Assembly: GCA_041659985.1 (NCBI GenBank)
Contig: JBAZXE010000003.1
Location: 1,977 to 65,976 of the forward strand
Direction: 5' to 3'
Length of the DNA: 64,000 nt
Source: Thermoplasmatota archaeon
GTDB taxonomy: Archaea > Thermoplasmatota > E2 > JACPAO01 > JAHFTW01
Part shown: one piece after another, positions 53,689-61,942 of the stretch
Numbering within the stretch: position 1 is the first letter of the stretch
Layout: each line of letters starts with the position of its first letter
Made by a program: the position numbers and the translations under genes
Notes under the pieces: model-generated
Seen by the model: the letters and a program-made list of their open reading frames with translations, nothing else
Told to the model about the DNA's origin: nothing
The model's database searches: none

Positions 53689-54603
53689 ATGACCGACGGT
53701 GACCGCGGGGCCCTGCTGCTCGAGTACCGGCCGCCGCGCGCGCACCCCATCGTGTACGCCGGGCTCATCGTCTTCACCTTCGTCGCCTTGACGGGCAGCC
53801 TGGAGAACGCCCTCGGAGTGAAGCGGGCTTTCCTCTACGCAGTCTACTGGGCGCCCCCCTTGGCGATGCTCCTGATCCTTGGCGCCCTGTGGCCGTCGAC
53901 GACGTGCATCCACGAAGCGGGCATCGCGCCGAGCCGACCATTCCTTCTTGCGTGGTTGCGTCCCTTCGTGCGCTGGGATGAGCTGGTCGCCGTCTATCCG
54001 TCCTCGTACGACGTCACGGGCGCCTTCGTGTCTCCGTTCGCTTCCTCTGATGGCAAAGTCACGCAGACCGGTCTCGGCCTGGAATGGCCGGATGGTCGCA
54101 CGGAAACGGTGAAGTTCACGCCGACGCGTTTTGCCCAGACGAGTCGACGCAGCCGCGGCTACCGCGAAGCGTACGCCGTCGTGTTGGACCTGTTCGAGCG
54201 GCGCGGACGGCCCCTCGTCCCGACCTCGCCCGTGTACTCCGCTACGGAACGTGACGCGATGCTGGCCAAGGCCCGCGAGCCGTTCCTGCCGTTCTTCGTC
54301 ATTGTCTTCCTCTTCGCGTCCGCCGCGCCGGTCACCTGGGTCCTTCTCAGGTTCGGAACGCCAGTCAAAGTCGCGTTGCCCCTTGCATTGATTGCTCCCC
54401 TGGCCACCAGCCTGCGCAGCTGGACGAAGAGCCGCCAGCGCAACCGCATCCTTGACTTGCTGTCGAAGTCGGCGCAGTTCGAACGACAACGCCCAACGAC
54501 GAACTCCCCAACCACGGATTCCGCAGAACGCGCGGACCCGATTCGTTCCGCCGGTTCCGCGAACTCCGCGGTTTCGTCCGGCATCGGGGGCGATGCGGCA
54601 TGA
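53689..54603 (+). CDS. Membrane protein, unknown function
   Basis: 304 aa. 2+2 TM helices flanking a soluble domain. The last ~30 aa are encoded by the degenerate repeat element E4. Stop overlaps the next start (ATGA). Confidence 0.5.
   Translation: MTDGDRGALLLEYRPPRAHPIVYAGLIVFTFVALTGSLENALGVKRAFLYAVYWAPPLAMLLILGALWPSTTCIHEAGIAPSRPFLLAWLRPFVRWDELVAVYPSSYDVTGAFVSPFASSDGKVTQTGLGLEWPDGRTETVKFTPTRFAQTSRRSRGYREAYAVVLDLFERRGRPLVPTSPVYSATERDAMLAKAREPFLPFFVIVFLFASAAPVTWVLLRFGTPVKVALPLALIAPLATSLRSWTKSRQRNRILDLLSKSAQFERQRPTTNSPTTDSAERADPIRSAGSANSAVSSGIGGDAA
54508..54576. repeat. Degenerate palindromic repeat element copy E4
   Basis: Left end CCAACCACGGATT (54508-54520) shares AACCACGGATT with E1/E2. 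Right end TCCGCGGTTTCG (54565-54576) is a 2-change variant of TCCGTGGTTCG. Confidence 0.5.
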
Positions 54604-54947
54604 GCAAGGTCTCCATGCCGAGGCCGCGCTACTTGGCCTTCGAGGTCAAGGCGCCCGCGCCCCTTGGTCGCCGCGCCTTCGCCAACGCCCTCAAGGGCCG
54701 CGCGCGGCACGAAGGGTGGGCCGACGCCGAGGGCCCGCACCTGACGCGCTACGCCTTCCCGCACGGCATCGTGCGCGTCGAGCACACGCGCTCTGCGGCC
54801 TGCCGCAAACTGCTGGCGGCTGTGACCTGGGCGATTGAGGGCAACGCGCGCATCGAGTTCGCCGTCGTCCCCCTGTCGACGTCGGGGACCTTGAAGGCGC
54901 TCACCGACCGCGTCGGCGTCCTCAAGGAACGCGCCGCGCCGGCTTAG
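54600..54947 (+). CDS. rnp2: RNase P protein component 2 (Pop5/Rpp14 family)
   Basis: 115 aa. RPRYLAFEVKAP... and the ...LSTSGTLKAL pattern are typical of archaeal Pop5. Confidence 0.7.
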   Translation: MSKVSMPRPRYLAFEVKAPAPLGRRAFANALKGRARHEGWADAEGPHLTRYAFPHGIVRVEHTRSAACRKLLAAVTWAIEGNARIEFAVVPLSTSGTLKALTDRVGVLKERAAPA

Positions 54948-56331
54948 CCGACGCCAGCTTCGCGGCGGCCGGCTTCTTCCGGCCCGGCACGGAATCGGGT
55001 CCGCCTCGCTCGTACTGCCAGACCAAGAGGCTCGAGACCACGACCGTGAGCACGATTGTGATGAGGGCGAGGTCGATGAAGACCGGCTGCCAAGGCGCGA
55101 ACAGGGCGTGGTACGAGGTTCCGGCGACGAAGCTCGAAGCGACAAACGGCAGGGTGGCCAGGACGGCCGTGTCAAGGCCGCGTCCGAAGACGGGGAAGAG
55201 CGCCTTGCGGGCCGGATCGCGCGCGGCGGCGGCCATCGCCAGGACGGGGAAGTAGCGCGCCAGCACGAGCACCGAGACGACGAGGAGGGTCGCCAACGCG
55301 AACATCGTGCCGCTTCCCAGCTCGCGCACGAAGGGGAGCGGGCTTAGGACGGGCCAGCGTGCTTCGGCGCCGACGCTGAAACTGATGCCAAGGTAGAGGA
55401 AGAAGATCGTGCGCACGAGGAAGGTAATCTCGGCATGGAACGATTGCACCTTCTCATGCTCGGTGTCGATGATGCGCAGGTGGGCGAAGCGACGCAGGAT
55501 GGTCGTCCGGTTCCCCACGGCGAGGCCGAAGAGGAGGATGCTCATGGCGCCCGATCCGCCGAGGAACTCGCTGGCGCCGTAGACGCCCAGAGTCGTGGCG
55601 AAGGTGAGCATGTAGGACGTGGGGTGGCCCTTCAGGCCGCGCAGCGCGAAGATCCAAGCGAGGCCGCCCGCCACGCCGACGAAGACTGAGATGGAGATCA
55701 TGGCGGCGAACCCGCGTGCAAACATTGCCAGGCCTTGGCCCGCCTCGACGCCCTCCGCGAACGTCAGCATGGAGACGATGAGCGGGATGGAAATGAGGTC
55801 GTAGAGGGCCATCTCGAGGAAGTACATGGCGCGCAGGTTGTCCGGCAGGTCAAGCCGCTTGAGGACCCCGGATGAAACCGCCTGGTCGACGTTGACGAGA
55901 GCTACCCCAAGGAGGACCGCGACTAAGATGGGGATGCCCAGGACGTAGTGCCCGAGCACGGCGATGCCCAGCACGGTCAGCAACAGGATCGGCAGGGTGT
56001 GGAGGAACGCCGGGCCCAGGCTGCGGCGGAAGGCCGCGAAGTCGAGCTCCATGCCGGAGTCGAAGAGAAGCACAACGAGGGCGATTGCCGCGATGAATGG
56101 TGCGGCGGCGGTCAGGGCGGCGGGGTCGAGGGCGTTTGCGAGGGCGTCGGAGCCCCAGCCCTGGCGCACCGCCAAGCGGTTGATTGGACCCAGGAGAAGG
56201 CCGAGGCCGAGGAGGATGGGAACATCCGGGAACCGCGTTCGCTCGAAAAAGCGCCCGGCCGCGAACCCGGCGTACACCAGCGCCGCGATGGCCAGGAAGA
56301 TGGCCGCAACGGGCGCCATGCCGGCATACAC
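54922..56331 (-). CDS. Cation/proton antiporter (Na+/H+ exchanger family)
   Basis: 469 aa, ~12 TM. RFPDVPILLGLGLLLGP N-terminal block. Basic Pro/Ala/Lys tail. Confidence 0.75.
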   Translation of the reverse strand: MYAGMAPVAAIFLAIAALVYAGFAAGRFFERTRFPDVPILLGLGLLLGPINRLAVRQGWGSDALANALDPAALTAAAPFIAAIALVVLLFDSGMELDFAAFRRSLGPAFLHTLPILLLTVLGIAVLGHYVLGIPILVAVLLGVALVNVDQAVSSGVLKRLDLPDNLRAMYFLEMALYDLISIPLIVSMLTFAEGVEAGQGLAMFARGFAAMISISVFVGVAGGLAWIFALRGLKGHPTSYMLTFATTLGVYGASEFLGGSGAMSILLFGLAVGNRTTILRRFAHLRIIDTEHEKVQSFHAEITFLVRTIFFLYLGISFSVGAEARWPVLSPLPFVRELGSGTMFALATLLVVSVLVLARYFPVLAMAAAARDPARKALFPVFGRGLDTAVLATLPFVASSFVAGTSYHALFAPWQPVFIDLALITIVLTVVVSSLLVWQYERGGPDSVPGRKKPAAAKLASAKPARRVP

Positions 56332-56352
56332 TCCCCTGAGGGCAGAAAAAGA

Positions 56353-57840
56353 CTAGGCATTCGGTTTCCGGGGCCGCTGCCGCGCCGGTTCGCGCGACGC
56401 CGGGGCCTGGCGGGGCCCCTTCGCGGTTGCGACCTGCGTCGTCGGCCTGGCGCGGGCGACAGGCGGCGAGAGTGTCTCGGCTGCCGCCGTGCGCGATGCC
56501 TCGGCCGCGCGCCCGGGCCAGCGCTCCGACACGAAGACAAGGGCCCCCGAGCCCAGGACGGAGCCAAGGATGACGAGGAACGCCAAGTTGACGAACACGG
56601 GCTCCCAGGGGGAGAACTGCGCGTGGAACGCTGTGCCGGGCTGGTAGTCATGCCAGATGAACGGCAGCGTGGCGAGGACGGCCGTCCCCAAGCCATGCCC
56701 GAAGACGGGGATGAGGTCGTGCCATTCGCGGTGGCGGCGGCCGGCTACGGCGGGGATGGCCGCGGCGCGGGCCAAGGGGAGGGCCACGAGTACGAGGGCG
56801 GCTCCGAGCCCGAACAGCGCGGCCCGGTTGCGCAGGGGTTCCAAGACCTGCAGAGGTGAGGCGACTGGCCAGCGGTCCTGCAGCCCAATCGTGAAGGAGA
56901 GGCCCAGGAATAGGAAGAAAACGGTGCGCACGAAGAAGGAGACCTCCTCATGGAAGGCCTGCACTTTCGCTTCCTCGCCCTCGCGGGCGAAACGCCGGCC
57001 GAAGCGGCGCAACAGACTGACGCGGTTGCCAATGATGAGCCCGAACAGCAGGACGCTCACGGCACCGGCGCCTCCGAGCGCCTCCGTGATGGCGTACACG
57101 GCCAGCAGGGTCGCCAGCGTCAGCACGTATGAGTGGGGGTGCCCTTCCAGGCGACCCAGCGCCAGGAGCCACACGATGCCCGCGCCGCCGCCCAAGGACA
57201 GGCTGATTGCGGTTGTCTGCGCGAATCCACGGATGGCCTCGCTCCACATCACGCCCTCTTCCGGCCCTCCGCCGGCGAACTGGAACAGGGACACCAGGAT
57301 GGGTACGCTGACCACGTCATAGATTGCCATTTCAACGAGCCCGATGGCGCGCGTGGATTCGTCGGTGCGCATGCGTCGAAGAAGGGCGCTCGAGACGGTC
57401 TGCCCGACGTTGCTCAGCGCAACGCCGAGCACCACAGCGACGATGGGTGGCATCCCAAAGACCCACACGCCGATGGCGGCGACGGCCCCGGCGGTAAGGA
57501 GGAAAACTGGGAGAGCGATGCGTACCGCTGGACCGAGGCTGGAGCGAATCTGGCGGACCTCCATGCCGAGGCCGGCTTCGAAGAGGATGACGACCAAGGC
57601 GAGACCGGCCACGATGGGCGCGACCTCACGCAGCCATGCCGGGTCGAGCGCGTCGGCGAGGGCCGCCGACCCGAGCCCCTGCGAACGCAGCAAGCGGTTG
57701 CCCGGGCCCAGCGCCAAGCCGATGACGAGCAAGAGGGCGACGTCTGGGAACCGCGTGCTGCGGGCAAAACGGCCCGCGAAATAGCCCACTGCGATGACCG
57801 CGGAGACGGCCAGGAAGACCAAGGTGGCGGAGGCCAACAC
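56353..57840 (-). CDS. Cation/proton antiporter (tandem paralog)
   Basis: 495 aa, collinear with the downstream paralog (RFPDVALLLVIGLALGP ...). Basic Pro/Ala/Arg tail. Confidence 0.75.
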   Translation of the reverse strand: MLASATLVFLAVSAVIAVGYFAGRFARSTRFPDVALLLVIGLALGPGNRLLRSQGLGSAALADALDPAWLREVAPIVAGLALVVILFEAGLGMEVRQIRSSLGPAVRIALPVFLLTAGAVAAIGVWVFGMPPIVAVVLGVALSNVGQTVSSALLRRMRTDESTRAIGLVEMAIYDVVSVPILVSLFQFAGGGPEEGVMWSEAIRGFAQTTAISLSLGGGAGIVWLLALGRLEGHPHSYVLTLATLLAVYAITEALGGAGAVSVLLFGLIIGNRVSLLRRFGRRFAREGEEAKVQAFHEEVSFFVRTVFFLFLGLSFTIGLQDRWPVASPLQVLEPLRNRAALFGLGAALVLVALPLARAAAIPAVAGRRHREWHDLIPVFGHGLGTAVLATLPFIWHDYQPGTAFHAQFSPWEPVFVNLAFLVILGSVLGSGALVFVSERWPGRAAEASRTAAAETLSPPVARARPTTQVATAKGPRQAPASREPARQRPRKPNA

Positions 57841-57929
57841 GAGACAAGGGGCCCCCAGGTCTTAAGCCGAGGCGCTCGGAGGCGCACCAGCTCCTTCGCG
57901 GTCCCATCACAACAACCCTTACGTCCCAG

Positions 57930-59513
57930 GTGTGGCCCTGGGTGCGCGTGGTCAGGGCAGCCTCAGCCGTCGTCATGGTCGCCCTCGCGGCCGCCGTCCT
58001 TGCATTCTTGCCGTCGGCCTCGGCGCAAGCACATGAGCACGGCGTCGTAAACACCCAGATCGCCATCGCCCACGACGTCCCCGCCGATGGCCGCACCTTC
58101 GTCGGGAACGTCAACCACTTCTCGGTCATCGCGCACGGCGACGACTCTGTGCCCGACTTCCATCAGAACATCCCGTGGCGCGTCACGCTCAACGGGCTCA
58201 CTTTGGTTGAGACGACGGCCACCAGCGGACACGACTACGACGGCGTCAACACCTTCGACATCGTCTTCCCGGTCGCCGGAGCCTACACGGTCGAAGCGCT
58301 CGATGCGGAAGGCAAGGTCGCCGCGATGTTCGTGGGCACCGTGGAGCCCGCCTCGACCCGTACCGCCGCCATCAAGTTCGACGCCCCCAGCGACCCGGTC
58401 CTCGCCGGTCAACCGGCGCGCTTCACCTACTCCGTTTCCGACGCCACGCAAGGCGCCAGCGACCTGCCCATCGCGCATAGCGACTGCACCTTCGAGGTCC
58501 TGAGCCAAGGCCGCACGCAGTTCCGCGCCAAGAGCCACACCCACGAAGACCGGCAGCAAGTCCAGTACGCATTCGCTGAAGCCGGTTCCTCGACGGTTCG
58601 CGTCACGTGCTTCCAAGCCTTCCCCTCCGCGCGGGCCACGCTCTTCGTGCCGGTGGTGTTTGAACAAGATCTCATGGTGCTGCCGGGACCGCCCGCGAAC
58701 ACGGCCTCGTCGATGCCGGAGCCAACCGTTCCATCCTCCGACCTGAACGCCGTCGTCACCGCACCGGCCGGCGAAGGCATGACCTTGGTCGGGACCTTTG
58801 ACCCGTACACCGTGGTCGGCCCAGACACCCTGCAGCATCTCAACGTCTTGGCCGTCGACGCGACGGGACAGACCATCCAGCACGTCGATTTCACGGCGAC
58901 CCTCGACGGCCCCGCCGGCCTTGTGTTCCGCTCGGAAACCCTGCATGAGTACGATGGCATCCTCGAGTTCACGACGCGCCAGGCAACGCCGGGGTTCTAC
59001 ACCCTGCGCGTCACCGCCGAAGGCGCCTCCGGCTCCGGCGAACTCACCATGACCTATCTCGTCGCCCCGCGCGCCGTGCCGCTCAACGCGGGCCTGGTCG
59101 CCGTCACGCTCGACGTGCCCGGCATCGTTTCCGGCATCCCGGCCGAATGGAGGCTCGCCGCGGGGGCCACGAGCGGCCCCTTCGCGCACGGCGAACTCGA
59201 AGTCCGCCTCACCGCGGCGGGGCAGACCGTCCCCTACCTGCAGGCCAAGCTGCACACGCACGCCGACGGCGCGTTCCCCTTCACGGTGGCGTTGCCGACG
59301 GCGGACGCCTACACGCTCGACGTCATGCCGTTCCCGCTCATGCCGGAGCTGGTGCTGCCGGCGGCGACGTCGTTCACGGTGCAGCCGGCCGAGGGCGCGG
59401 CCCTTCCAGTGGCGGCCCTCCCCGACGCCAGCCAGGATGCGCCCGCCTTCGCCCCGGCCCTCCTGTTGGTTGGCTTGGCTGGCATGGCCCTTGCGGTGCG
59501 GCGCCGGGCCTAA
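57930..59513 (+). CDS. Cell-surface protein with ~4 Ig-like (YtkA/FixH-like) repeats and PGF-CTERM-like anchor
   Basis: Signal peptide ends ...PSASAQA. The mature N-terminus HEHG is His-rich. There are four ~120-aa beta-domains, several ending in the pattern H.H.DG..F.F.....G.Y.L.V. The C-terminus is PAFAPALLLVGLAGMALAVRRRA. Confidence 0.55.
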   Translation: MWPWVRVVRAASAVVMVALAAAVLAFLPSASAQAHEHGVVNTQIAIAHDVPADGRTFVGNVNHFSVIAHGDDSVPDFHQNIPWRVTLNGLTLVETTATSGHDYDGVNTFDIVFPVAGAYTVEALDAEGKVAAMFVGTVEPASTRTAAIKFDAPSDPVLAGQPARFTYSVSDATQGASDLPIAHSDCTFEVLSQGRTQFRAKSHTHEDRQQVQYAFAEAGSSTVRVTCFQAFPSARATLFVPVVFEQDLMVLPGPPANTASSMPEPTVPSSDLNAVVTAPAGEGMTLVGTFDPYTVVGPDTLQHLNVLAVDATGQTIQHVDFTATLDGPAGLVFRSETLHEYDGILEFTTRQATPGFYTLRVTAEGASGSGELTMTYLVAPRAVPLNAGLVAVTLDVPGIVSGIPAEWRLAAGATSGPFAHGELEVRLTAAGQTVPYLQAKLHTHADGAFPFTVALPTADAYTLDVMPFPLMPELVLPAATSFTVQPAEGAALPVAALPDASQDAPAFAPALLLVGLAGMALAVRRRA

Positions 59514-59576
59514 CCCTTATCTACAAGGCTTGCTCACGCGAAGCCTGAAGCCGGTCCGAAAGGACGCGGGCTGTCG

Positions 59577-59586
59577 TTGAAAAATG
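59577..59586 (+). promoter_or_regulatory. TATA-like TTGAAAAATG upstream of the ribosomal protein cluster
   Basis: An AT-rich island whose centre is ~27 nt upstream of ATG 59609. Confidence 0.35.
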
Positions 59587-59608
59587 ACCTCGGCCGCAAG
59601 GCTGGGGA

Positions 59609-59992
59609 ATGGAGACAGCACACATGGCAATGTTCGTTCGCTTTGAAACCCCCAAGGAATTGGGGACGCAGATTTACGAGGCCGTCGAGAAGGCCCGTTC
59701 CACCGGCCGTGTCGCCAAGGGCGCCAACGAGGTCACCAAGCAGGTCGAGCGCGGCGTCGCGAAGTTCGTCGTGATGGCCGAAGACGTGACCCCCGAGGAG
59801 ATCCTCGCCCACGTCCCCCTCCTCTGCGAAGAGAAGGGCATCCCGTACGGCTATGTCCCGTCGAAGGCTGAGCTGGGCTCCGCCGCCGGGCTCCCCGTCG
59901 GCACCGCCGCCATCGCCATCATGGATGCCGGCACCGCCGCCGAGTCCATCGAGGACGTCGCCAAGAAGACGACCGCCCTCAAGGCCGCCTAG
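59609..59992 (+). CDS. rpl7ae: Ribosomal protein L7Ae (kink-turn binding)
   Basis: [10 protein letters not shown]...[37 protein letters not shown]. Start is ATG 59609, 59624 or 59630. Confidence 0.95.
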   Translation: METAHMAMFVRFETPKELGTQIYEAVEKARSTGRVAKGANEVTKQVERGVAKFVVMAEDVTPEEILAHVPLLCEEKGIPYGYVPSKAELGSAAGLPVGTAAIAIMDAGTAAESIEDVAKKTTALKAA

Positions 59993-60005
59993 GAGGCAAC
60001 CCCGA

Positions 60006-60362
60006 ATGGCTGAGAAAGAACAGACCAAGAAGGGCAAGCCCGGCTGGGGCGCCGGCAAGGACGACAAGGCCAAGGCCGACAAGCCTGAGGCCGCCGCCGG
60101 CGCCACGCCGGCCGCCGTCGCCAAGCCCGCCGCCCCCGAGCAGGGCGACTCCGATGCCTTCCCCGCGGAAGTCGTCGAAGTCCTGCAGCGCGGCGGCATG
60201 ACCGGCGAAGTGACGATGGTCAAGGTCCGCGTCATGGCGGGCCGCGACAAGGGCCGCATCATCGCCCGCAACGCGATGGGCCCCGTCCAGATGGGCGACA
60301 TCCTGATGCTCCGTGAGACGGAACGCGAGGCGCGCGTGCTCGGGGGGAACCGCAAGAAATGA
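60006..60362 (+). CDS. rps28e: Ribosomal protein S28e with ~50-aa Lys/Ala/Pro-rich N-terminal extension
   Basis: ATG 60006 inside track ORF 59853..60362. Core [59 protein letters not shown] saw no plausible internal start before the core. Confidence 0.9.
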   Translation: MAEKEQTKKGKPGWGAGKDDKAKADKPEAAAGATPAAVAKPAAPEQGDSDAFPAEVVEVLQRGGMTGEVTMVKVRVMAGRDKGRIIARNAMGPVQMGDILMLRETEREARVLGGNRKK

Positions 60363-60616
60363 CGAACTGTTCGTTCTGCGGGACCGCCATCGAGACGGGC
60401 ACCGGCAAGATGTACATCAAGCGCGACGGCACCGTCTTCTACTTCGACTCTGCCAAGTGCCAGCGCAACCAGGTCGGCCTGGGGCGCGTCAACCGGCACG
60501 TCAAGTGGACGCAGGCCGCGGCCAACGCCAAGGCCCTGGCCAGCCACGCCGCCAAGGGCGAGCCCAAGGCGAAGGCCGCCAAGGCGGTCAAGGCCGCCGC
60601 GCCCAAGGCGAAGTAA
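60359..60616 (+). CDS. rpl24e: Ribosomal protein L24e with Lys/Ala-rich C-terminal tail
   Basis: [34 protein letters not shown] zinc-ribbon core. Start overlaps the S28e stop (ATGA). Confidence 0.95.
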   Translation: MTNCSFCGTAIETGTGKMYIKRDGTVFYFDSAKCQRNQVGLGRVNRHVKWTQAAANAKALASHAAKGEPKAKAAKAVKAAAPKAK

Positions 60617-60630
60617 ACCCCTTCGCCGAT

Positions 60631-60660
60631 TCCTTTTCCCTTCTCCTCCCCTTCGTTTTT
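60631..60660 (+). terminator. Pyrimidine/oligo-T tract after the ribosomal cluster
   Basis: TCCTTTTCCCTTCTCCTCCCCTTCGTTTTT, ending in T5, lies 15-45 nt after the L24e stop. Oligo-T is the usual archaeal termination signal. Confidence 0.4.
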
Positions 60661-60804
60661 CGCTCGCCGTTCAAGCCAGGCGGCAGCGTCATCGCGCCAC
60701 GGGCCAATTCACGGTCGCCGGCGAGTTGCATTTCCATTGCAACGGTTCGATAAATGGGATACGAACAACACGCCTTGTAGTGGGGACGAGGGTCTCGCAG
60801 GCCG

Positions 60805-61938
60805 ATGCGCATTGGTGCCATCCTTACCCTTCTCCTGTTGACCCTGGCGGGTTTGGCCGTCTCCCCTCTGGCAACCGCCGCTCCTGCTGCGCCCGCTTGC
60901 AATGGCATCGCCCATCTCCGCAAGGAAGTGGGTCCCCTCACGGTCGACGTGACCCCCGGGATGTGCTACGAAGTGAGCGTCAACGAGGACTGCGGAGGCG
61001 CCCCCTCCGCAACGCAGCATGCCGGCCCGGTCACCGTGCGAATCTGGGAATGTTCGGCTGCGGCCCAATCGATGGCCCCGCCGTGCACCTGCCCACCGCC
61101 GCCGCGCTGCACCCCAATGGACACGACGGGCGCCATCACGCTCGTCGTCATGATCCAGCTCCAGAGCGACTGCGACGTCTACCTCGTCCTGCTCGCCGGT
61201 GCTCCCTGCACGGAGGGGCCGATTGCGTCCCAGGGCCGTGTGCACGTCTATGGGCCGCGCAAGTGCACGCTGCCGCCGCTGCCGCAGCCTTGCCAGCCGC
61301 CGTACTTCGCCTGCGTGCCCTACCCGATTGGGACCTCCAGCGCCGTCCTCATCCCGCCGGTCTGCATCGAGAGGACGGTCGAGCAGGCCCCGGTCCGCGC
61401 CGGATTCTCCACGTGCTACGACGAGTTCGTCGAGGTCGACCTGTGCCCGGCCGCCAACCCGGCGGTCGACGTGCATGAGGATCTCGGACCAGCCTACGTC
61501 GACGTCGAGCAATGCCTCAGTTCGCAATGCTCCAAGCTCGACCCGGCGACTCCGTTTGTCGACGTGTCGCCCTCCTGTCAGATTCTCGTCTCCGTCGACG
61601 TGATTGACTGCCTGTGGGGCGAGACCTGGGTCACCTACACCGTAGGCCCGGTCACCGTTCGCTACACGACCTGCAGCGGCCCCTACGAAACGATGTCGGC
61701 CGCGCCGCCGTGCACCTGCCCACCACCCCAGCCGTTGTGCTACCAGGTCAATCGGGCCATCGCCTGGAACCAGTACTACAGCGTCGACGACTACTGCAAC
61801 GTCACCATCAACCTCGAAGCCTACTGCGGATTGCAGGGCACCGAGGACCACACCCAGAAGGCCGGCAAGGTCACGGTGAACTACCAAACCTGCCAGCCGC
61901 CTCCCCTGCAAGGCGCCGACCCCACGGCTTGGAGCTGA
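60805..61938 (+). CDS. Secreted Cys/Pro-rich repeat protein A (26 Cys)
   Basis: Signal peptide MRIGAILTLLLLTLAGLAVSPLATAAP. Repeated 4-Cys modules and PPCTCPPP linkers. Internal DNA duplications at 61024/61645 and 61078/61705. Confidence 0.65.
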   Translation: MRIGAILTLLLLTLAGLAVSPLATAAPAAPACNGIAHLRKEVGPLTVDVTPGMCYEVSVNEDCGGAPSATQHAGPVTVRIWECSAAAQSMAPPCTCPPPPRCTPMDTTGAITLVVMIQLQSDCDVYLVLLAGAPCTEGPIASQGRVHVYGPRKCTLPPLPQPCQPPYFACVPYPIGTSSAVLIPPVCIERTVEQAPVRAGFSTCYDEFVEVDLCPAANPAVDVHEDLGPAYVDVEQCLSSQCSKLDPATPFVDVSPSCQILVSVDVIDCLWGETWVTYTVGPVTVRYTTCSGPYETMSAAPPCTCPPPQPLCYQVNRAIAWNQYYSVDDYCNVTINLEAYCGLQGTEDHTQKAGKVTVNYQTCQPPPLQGADPTAWS

Positions 61939-61942
61939 CCGC

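Noticed and set aside
51736-54489. A 917-aa ORF suggesting a giant Nnr fusion protein; similarly 5180..7183 (667 aa) and 5833..7737 (634 aa).
   Set aside because: Only the C-terminal parts carry family motifs (Nnr from ATG 53214, Tsr3 from ~5836, GGR from ATG 7200). The upstream portions are Arg/Pro-rich junk that overlaps well-supported genes on the other strand (nac, the membrane protein, and the 7280-7744 gene).
59514-59608. A kink-turn autoregulatory element in the L7Ae 5' region (CTGA and TGA motifs present).
   Set aside because: The predicted TSS from the AT-rich box would make the mRNA leaderless, leaving no 5' UTR. I could not fold a canonical C-stem/3-nt bulge/tandem G-A kink-turn from the available sequence.
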